Virus record (IMG/VR): IMGVR_UViG_3300022921_000003
Source of the DNA: an uncultured virus (IMG/VR IMGVR_UViG_3300022921_000003)
Lineage: Duplodnaviria; Heunggongvirae; Uroviricota; Caudoviricetes
Reading direction: 5' to 3' (one strand)
Length of the DNA: 20,000 nt
The translations under genes were made by a program, and so were the position numbers. Below, piece by piece: positions 14,687 to 20,000 of the stretch. The notes beneath the pieces are model-generated. The model had not been told where the DNA came from and ran no database searches. It worked only from the letters and a program-made list of their open reading frames with translations. Position 1 is the stretch's first letter, and each line of letters opens with the position of its first letter.

Positions 14687-16126
14687 TTACTTATTCGTTA
14701 ATATCCAACCTTGAGTACCGTCAGTAAATACCAGTTTAAATGCAGCACGGGCAGTATCGACGGTAATATTTTGGTTTACTCCGTTAAACAAATTTTCATT
14801 ACGATCAATAATAATATTGTTCGTATTTGCTGTCCCAGCATAATCAATAATCGCAACTTCATCGCCTAGTGCTGGAGCAGCGGGTAGAGTCATGGTAATT
14901 GCCTGACTCGTAGTATTTATAAAGTATCCTTCACCAGAAATTGCAGTAAAGTCATCTGTCTTTACGGCTTGCCATTCGATACCGTTTTGGTTATCACCCT
15001 CGGCATCAGCACCACCCCACATTCCAGTTGCGGCACTATATCTTAGATACTTACCATCTACTCTGGCACTGGTTCGATCAAGATCATCTAACCATTGTAG
15101 TTGGGTTTCACCACTACCATAGTCCATTTTACCAAACTGTGTGGCGATACTCTTCTTGAGAAGATTGAGTTCTTCACGAAGAATGTCTACTTCTGTTTTT
15201 GGTTTTACTTCTTGTGCATCAAAAGACTGATCAAATCTGTGTCTGTCGTCATGCAGTTTCTTGGCAATTCTCGTTGCCATGTTCTCTTCTTCGTATGCCT
15301 GAAGAGACTTGTCTGCAAGTTTCATTGCATCATCAACTACACTTGTATTGATACCAAGACGTTTACTCTGTTCCTTAATCTGATCTTCTTTTGAAGGTCT
15401 GTTAATCTCATACTGAATGACTTTGTTTGGTGTCTTAAAGTCCTTCTTACGCATGACTGTCTTATTGACAACTTCAAACTCACCATTCTTATAGTTGATG
15501 ACCACTGGAAGATTGATATCAGAGGCAAGGTCTTTGAGGACAACCTCGACATCTGGATTCTGTCGAATGTCCTTACCCTTGTTCTTCTGAATTTTCTTGA
15601 AGAACCTCTGTAGTTCTGCTACCTTGATTTCTGGTTTGTTTCGTTGGTCATTCAGTCGGTCCACGAAGTGGCGTGTGAACTCAACATCAATATCGTACTT
15701 CTTAAGAATACGGTCAGCAAACTTTTCTAGTCCATCAACGTCTGACTGTGAGAACTTTTCTTTTACTGGTTCGAAACGTTGAATAAGTCGTTCTCTTGGT
15801 TTCTTTGCGTCCTCTGGAATTTCTGAATCAATTAAAACGTTTTCTTTAACCTCTTCAACAACCTCTAGAAGTTGTACAGGATCAAAGGATTCAATTATAC
15901 TCTCAACCTCTACACTATTGTCCTCTGAAACTAAAAACTCAAAGATATTTCTCTTGATGCTTTTCTTTTCTTCAGCAACGACTTCTTTAAACTTAAACTT
16001 GTATTCAGTTGGTTCTACAGGTTTAGTCTCAACAGGAGTCTCAACAACCTCTTCCTTAATAGGTTGTGGTTTTGGTTCTTCTGGAACATCCGTTAGAAAA
16101 CTGTAAATATCAAGTTTGTTTTTCAT
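14687..16126 (-). CDS. Multidomain virion-associated protein (acidic N-terminus, central FTRHFxDR domain, C-terminal T4 gp9/gp10-like module)
   Basis: C-terminal GEGYFINTTSQAITMTLPAAPALGDEVAIIDYAGT...NNIII.RN...LVF.DGTQGW resembles T4-like baseplate/fibre modules. Confidence 0.7.
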   Translation of the reverse strand: MKNKLDIYSFLTDVPEEPKPQPIKEEVVETPVETKPVEPTEYKFKFKEVVAEEKKSIKRNIFEFLVSEDNSVEVESIIESFDPVQLLEVVEEVKENVLIDSEIPEDAKKPRERLIQRFEPVKEKFSQSDVDGLEKFADRILKKYDIDVEFTRHFVDRLNDQRNKPEIKVAELQRFFKKIQKNKGKDIRQNPDVEVVLKDLASDINLPVVINYKNGEFEVVNKTVMRKKDFKTPNKVIQYEINRPSKEDQIKEQSKRLGINTSVVDDAMKLADKSLQAYEEENMATRIAKKLHDDRHRFDQSFDAQEVKPKTEVDILREELNLLKKSIATQFGKMDYGSGETQLQWLDDLDRTSARVDGKYLRYSAATGMWGGADAEGDNQNGIEWQAVKTDDFTAISGEGYFINTTSQAITMTLPAAPALGDEVAIIDYAGTANTNNIIIDRNENLFNGVNQNITVDTARAAFKLVFTDGTQGWILTNK

Positions 16127-16683
16127 TAGGTGATATACATGTTAAGTTCATATCTCTTATTATCGAGATTAGCAACTTGAATATGTACCCTTTGTTTCTT
16201 ATCGGTATCTAGGATATAACTGTTAGTCTTACCAGAACTTGGTTTTCTTGGACCACTCGCAACCTTGTTATCAATCTCACTAGGTTGTACAGTGTATCCC
16301 TTGCTCTTTGCAAACTTGTATGCATGTTGCATGGCACCAGAAAAGGTTTTGTGGTAGAGGTCATATCCAGTTGCAGACTTCTGTGCGTTCAGTGCAGCCA
16401 TTGGTTTTGTGGTGTCGTAACCAGCACCATATGCCATCTCTGAAGTTACCTTCTTGACGAACTTAGACTCTTTCTGTGCAGCACGTCTCTCTCTTGCCGC
16501 CTCAAGTTTTGCACGATGTTGACGATATGCCTTGGTTCGTGCATCAAAGAGTGCATCTCTCTTCTTTTTCTTTTTGTCCATAACTGCATCTGGTGGCATA
16601 GAAACGTCACCACTGCTTGCGTTATTTGCGGGTGCATCTTCTTCAATTCCAGAATATGGGGAAACCTCTGTCCAGCGTTTCAT
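16126..16683 (-). CDS. Hypothetical protein (possible head-associated protein)
   Basis: 185-aa ORF coupled to both neighbours; contains IEEDAPAN and charged segments. Confidence 0.75.
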   Translation of the reverse strand: MKRWTEVSPYSGIEEDAPANNASSGDVSMPPDAVMDKKKKKRDALFDARTKAYRQHRAKLEAARERRAAQKESKFVKKVTSEMAYGAGYDTTKPMAALNAQKSATGYDLYHKTFSGAMQHAYKFAKSKGYTVQPSEIDNKVASGPRKPSSGKTNSYILDTDKKQRVHIQVANLDNKRYELNMYIT

Positions 16684-17300
16684 TTTATGTCCTCCAAACT
16701 GACGTATATTTTTTCTTGTGTCTTAACATGAATAATGGGGAAAATCTCTACTCCAAGAACAGTATCAACAGGTGGTTCATCATCATATGCAATCACCTTG
16801 TCTCCTGCCTTTGCAGTAAGTTCTTCCTCTTCATTATTTAGAATATCATTGACTAGTGTGTATTCTCCCTTTGGAAGTACCTCACCAAATCCTACAACCT
16901 CTTCCATGATGGTGTCATCAATCTCATATCCTTGTTCCTTGAGATACTTCATGAACTCTCTCTCAAACACATCAGGGTCATCTACCGATTCCTTGAATGT
17001 GTCTTTGAGTAGAAACAGGGCAGCAGCATAGGTTCCTAGTCTTGTTCTAAGACCAGGCACCTTGTCAAATATTTTCTTGATATTGAAAACCAGTTTATGC
17101 AGAATGGTATATGCGTTCTTCTCTTCAGATGTGCGAAGAGGCTCTGGTTTTGTCTGTCTCACACCATTCTTGGGCGGAGGCATAACACGATTACCCTTTG
17201 CATCAATGATGCCGAGTTTATATGCCTCTGTCTTGTCAAAGGGAGTGACAAGTAATTTTATGAATCTGTATGTTACAAATAAGTCTATCGCTCTACCCAT
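16680..17300 (-). CDS. Conserved T4-like phage hypothetical protein
   Basis: YRFIKLLVTPFDKTEAYKLGIIDAKG...YTILHKLVFNIKK, a pattern recognised from aquatic T4-like phages. Confidence 0.8.
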   Translation of the reverse strand: MGRAIDLFVTYRFIKLLVTPFDKTEAYKLGIIDAKGNRVMPPPKNGVRQTKPEPLRTSEEKNAYTILHKLVFNIKKIFDKVPGLRTRLGTYAAALFLLKDTFKESVDDPDVFEREFMKYLKEQGYEIDDTIMEEVVGFGEVLPKGEYTLVNDILNNEEEELTAKAGDKVIAYDDEPPVDTVLGVEIFPIIHVKTQEKIYVSLEDIK

Positions 17301-17665
17301 TAAACTCGTTTCCTTAATATTTCTAATACATGTGGATCAGTTTCGATACTCTTCAACTCATCCTCTCTAATCATATTTAGAAATATTAGGAAAGACTTTA
17401 ATGCGTTAAGATATTCCTTCTGAGTTTTAAAGAGTAGTAGTGTCACACATGCGTCATTACCAAATAGGTTTCTCAATATAATAATGTGGTTGAGAAGTAA
17501 CCTCTCCTTCAATATATTCGTAGTATTATACTTTTTCAGAAGACGTTTAATATACTTAAACCTCTTCATATCATCATGAAACTCTTTTTCGCCTTCACAC
17601 TGAGGATTTTCATAATGTCTTATTGCATACATCATGAAATTGTCTTGGGTTATCTTCTCATACAT
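17300..17665 (-). CDS. Conserved T4-like phage hypothetical protein
   Basis: NFMMYAIRHYENPQC...EFHDDMKRFKYIKRLL...ERLLLNHII, a pattern recognised from cyanophage-like myoviruses. Confidence 0.82.
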   Translation of the reverse strand: MYEKITQDNFMMYAIRHYENPQCEGEKEFHDDMKRFKYIKRLLKKYNTTNILKERLLLNHIIILRNLFGNDACVTLLLFKTQKEYLNALKSFLIFLNMIREDELKSIETDPHVLEILRKRV

Positions 17666-17667
17666 TC

Positions 17668-18108
17668 TTATTTAACTGAAGCAGTTAACTTATATGAATT
17701 TCCTTCAGCCATTTCGTAACCAATAACTAGTGTAAGACCACCTTCTTTGACATGAGAAATACCATCGTCTTCCTCAAACTCATCAAAGGGTGTATCTGTA
17801 CTCTTACCAAATCGACCCGCACCGACACTCAAAGGTAACTCAAAAGAACCACTTTCACCTTCCATTACTGGCACCTCACCAAAGGTGAGTTGGATTTTAC
17901 TAAGACTATTTCTTAGAACTCCAATTGCTTGTTCTGGGAAAATATGTTTATCACAGATTGTTCCCACAAAAGAATTTAGTGCGCGAATAACTGCGGGATT
18001 TGTGTAGTCTTGCATGTTAAGGTTAGTTGCAGCATCGGCAGTTGGACCACCTGATAGTCTACCATGACCTTCTGTTACGACTTTCTTAAATCTTTTCATT
18101 TTAGTCAT
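17668..18108 (-). CDS. Hypothetical protein
   Basis: 146-aa ORF tightly packed between its neighbours. Confidence 0.75.
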   Translation of the reverse strand: MTKMKRFKKVVTEGHGRLSGGPTADAATNLNMQDYTNPAVIRALNSFVGTICDKHIFPEQAIGVLRNSLSKIQLTFGEVPVMEGESGSFELPLSVGAGRFGKSTDTPFDEFEEDDGISHVKEGGLTLVIGYEMAEGNSYKLTASVK

Positions 18109-18271
18109 CCTTGGGTTCTACATCTGAAGGGAGAGTATCAGTAACTCTTTCCTCTAGAATTTGAACCTTCTTTGTTGTTTTCTTGGGTGCGGGTTTCTTT
18201 TCTACCTGTGGGGTAACTGTCTCAATGAGAGCACCACCAGCACCGTATCTTTTACCATCATCTCTTGCCAT
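18101..18271 (-). CDS. Small hypothetical protein
   Basis: GGAG RBS precedes the ATG at 18271 (MARDDGKRYGAGG...). The longer ORF-track start lies inside a hairpin. Confidence 0.65.
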   Translation of the reverse strand: MARDDGKRYGAGGALIETVTPQVEKKPAPKKTTKKVQILEERVTDTLPSDVEPKDD

Positions 18272-18289
18272 AATTGTCTCCAAATATGG

Positions 18290-18310
18290 GTGGGGGGACG
18301 AACCCCCCAC
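18290..18310 (-). terminator. GC-rich stem-loop (terminator or mRNA-stabilising hairpin)
   Basis: Minus strand GTGGGGGG-TTCGT-CCCCCCAC, just after the stop at 18323. Only a weak U tract follows. Confidence 0.6.
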
Positions 18311-18322
18311 ACCAAATTAATA

Positions 18323-18799
18323 TTAGGAAATAACTGGACCAGTACCAAGGTCGCCTGTAGCGCCTGTACCGTGACCAATCACTGCCCAACCGTCTGTACC
18401 TGTCCACTGTAGTGTGACAGATTCACCAACTGCGTTGAAGGTGAGTGTTGCTGCTGAACCAATTGTTGTTGTGAGGTCAACGTCAACTGTGTTTGACACA
18501 TCCTTAGCAACAATCATGTGAATCTGACCAACGATTGTTGCATCAGCAAGAGTTGTCTGAACAGTAGCACTTGCACCGTTTAGGATATGAATACCCTTTG
18601 TGATGTCAAGAGCACCATCAGCGGTTACTGTCTCTGCGGTGTTTGTTGCAAGGGGAACGGGGATATAGTTAAATACGTTTGCAACAGAAACCTTCTTGTT
18701 GATTGGTGTACCACTTGGGTCATCAACAACGTGGAAAAGGTCAGCGGTAGCAATACCTGTAGAAAGGTCTGTTAGTGCTGTAATCTTCTTGTCTGCCAT
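18323..18799 (-). CDS. Virion structural protein
   Basis: [13 protein letters not shown]-terminus, a beta-rich C-terminal domain (LADATIVGQ...[15 protein letters not shown]) and a strong AAGGAG RBS. Confidence 0.75.
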   Translation of the reverse strand: MADKKITALTDLSTGIATADLFHVVDDPSGTPINKKVSVANVFNYIPVPLATNTAETVTADGALDITKGIHILNGASATVQTTLADATIVGQIHMIVAKDVSNTVDVDLTTTIGSAATLTFNAVGESVTLQWTGTDGWAVIGHGTGATGDLGTGPVIS

Positions 18800-18820
18800 T
18801 TTGGCTTCTCCTTATATAAA

Positions 18821-18836
18821 CCCACAGTATTGTGGG
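18821..18836 (-). promoter_or_regulatory. Hairpin just upstream of the RBS
   Basis: Minus strand CCCACA-ATAC-TGTGGG followed by TTTATATAAGGAG. Confidence 0.4.
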
Positions 18837-18860
18837 AATGTTACTGAGGACATGAACGCA

Positions 18861-19055
18861 TCATTCCTCATCACTTGTTTCATCATTAATTTCTTTGAGG
18901 AACGCTTCGCACTGTTGGTATGCTCCCAACAGTGCGTTTAGCGTTGCCTTATCATCCATAATCTGCCTCTCGGCATTTGCAATCCGTTCTCGTACAGACT
19001 TTACATCTTCTACTAGAACTTCCATGCGATTCTTAATCATCTCTTCGTCAATCAT
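18861..19055 (-). CDS. Small coiled-coil hypothetical protein
   Basis: 64 aa, GGAG RBS, heptad pattern. Confidence 0.72.
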   Translation of the reverse strand: MIDEEMIKNRMEVLVEDVKSVRERIANAERQIMDDKATLNALLGAYQQCEAFLKEINDETSDEE

Positions 19056-19085
19056 AATATCTCCATTATAATGTTTAGTTAACTA

Positions 19086-19679
19086 TTATGCAGTAACAGT
19101 AACGGTTCCAGCAGCAGTGCCCTGTCCAGCAGTAATGACAAGTTCAGCATTTGTTGCTGTACCAGCATCCTTAATTGTACCACTGTTTAGTGCAACACTC
19201 TGTGCTCCAACTGAAAGAACGTCATCTTCGTTTGTTGCGGCATTAGCAGCAGCAATTGCAAGTGTGAACAGAAGTTCGTTTGTTCCAGTACCAGAAGCAT
19301 AAGATAGGGTGTGTGGTCCACGACCTGTACCTGTACCTTCGTTACCATTGGTAATAGAAATTGTTGGTGTACCACCTGTTGTGACAACATCAACTGCCTC
19401 ATTGTATCGAACCGTAACACTGAGTGTAAATCCATCAGACTTATCAGCAACAGTAGTATTGAGGTCAACACTGTCAATTGTAGCAGCACCAAGCGAGGTA
19501 GTGAGGTCACCGATTGCAACTAGAACCTCTGGGTCTGCGTTTGCATTATCGTTACCAGAAGAGGCGTTTCCTGCTTCACGAACCCAACCGGCTGTGGTCG
19601 CAAATACTTCTTTCTTCTCTGCTGTAGTTAGATTTTTTGGTTTGGACTCATCTGCGTCCGAAGCTCCCCATAAACCCAT
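19086..19679 (-). CDS. Virion structural protein with Ig-like beta domain
   Basis: MGLWG...GWV...EVLVAI N-terminus and VTVRYNEAVDV..GTP....LSYASGTGTNELLF. Downstream of a late promoter. Confidence 0.78.
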   Translation of the reverse strand: MGLWGASDADESKPKNLTTAEKKEVFATTAGWVREAGNASSGNDNANADPEVLVAIGDLTTSLGAATIDSVDLNTTVADKSDGFTLSVTVRYNEAVDVVTTGGTPTISITNGNEGTGTGRGPHTLSYASGTGTNELLFTLAIAAANAATNEDDVLSVGAQSVALNSGTIKDAGTATNAELVITAGQGTAAGTVTVTA

Positions 19680-19713
19680 TGTCTTTCTCCTTACTCTATA
19701 GAGTTTGTTTGTC

Positions 19714-19721
19714 TATTTATA
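19714..19721 (-). promoter_or_regulatory. T4-type late promoter TATAAATA
   Basis: Exact consensus on the minus strand, in the gap 34 nt upstream of the start at 19679. Confidence 0.8.
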
Positions 19722-20000
19722 CTATTTAAACCCCAGACGTTTAAGTTCTGAAATGGTTTTACTCACATTAGTGTGGTGGATACCGATTCCACCTTTGGCT
19801 TCCCACTCGTTAATATTCTTGATATAATCATCAATCAATACATTTGGTTTACCATTCGTTGTCGCATATTTCTGTTTATCAGAACGCATGACAAGATTAA
19901 TTTTACCACGTTTAATCTTCGTATTCTTGGATAACCATTTCAGTTTTCCATTCCGTGAAGTTCCATCACGGTTAGAATATGCAGATAGGATTTCAGTATC
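19722..20000 (-). CDS. 5'(3')-deoxyribonucleotidase (HAD family), C-terminal part
   Basis: Translated by hand: ILSAY...GKLKWL...DKQKYA...NVLIDDYIKNINEWEAKGGIGIHH, an NT5C-like C-terminus. Confidence 0.8.
   Translation of the reverse strand, partial: DTEILSAYSNRDGTSRNGKLKWLSKNTKIKRGKINLVMRSDKQKYATTNGKPNVLIDDYIKNINEWEAKGGIGIHHTNVSKTISELKRLGFK

Noticed and set aside
14914..14921. Exact TATAAATA inside the 479-aa gene
   Set aside because: It is intragenic (encoding part of YFINT) and about 240 nt from the next start. It could be chance, so it is not called, though an internal late promoter cannot be excluded.
5393..19519. Alternative-frame minus-strand ORFs nested in genes (5393-5575, 7065-7253, 8146-8370, 10876-11058, 13163-13429, 15337-15552, 16446-16646, 19187-19519)
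   Set aside because: They lie wholly inside conserved genes and show no motif or coupling evidence.
237..19701. All plus-strand ORFs in the track (e.g. 237-656, 556-1005, 2880-3284, 13258-13710, 19309-19701)
   Set aside because: They are antisense shadows of well-supported minus-strand genes, with no recognisable motifs.
1..20000. tRNA/rRNA genes or stop-codon recoding
   Set aside because: Intergenic gaps are too short and no cloverleaf was seen. Genes are intact under the standard code, with TAA, TAG and TGA all used as stops.

Overview
A 20-kb fragment of a T4-like (Tevenvirinae-type) myophage genome, probably aquatic. All credible genes lie on the minus strand, so transcription runs from right to left. 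In that direction the order is: the 3' end of a 5'(3')-deoxyribonucleotidase, a T4 late promoter (TATAAATA), a block of virion, tail-fibre and conserved hypothetical genes, and a likely lysis cassette (i-spanin, o-spanin, holin-like protein, DUF1353). Next come two micro-ORFs (one metallothionein-like), a QueC-like PP-loop enzyme and several small membrane proteins. The rest is one gap-free operon: primase gp61, nrdA, glutaredoxin-fused nrdB, Zn-ribbon protein, mini-SDR, PD-(D/E)xK nuclease, methyltransferase, then a curli/type VIII secretion-like cassette. That cassette is the most striking feature: two paralogous membrane proteins, CsgF, CsgG, a signal-peptide curlin-repeat protein and an exported FecR-domain protein. 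All calls come from reading motifs by eye; no searches were run.
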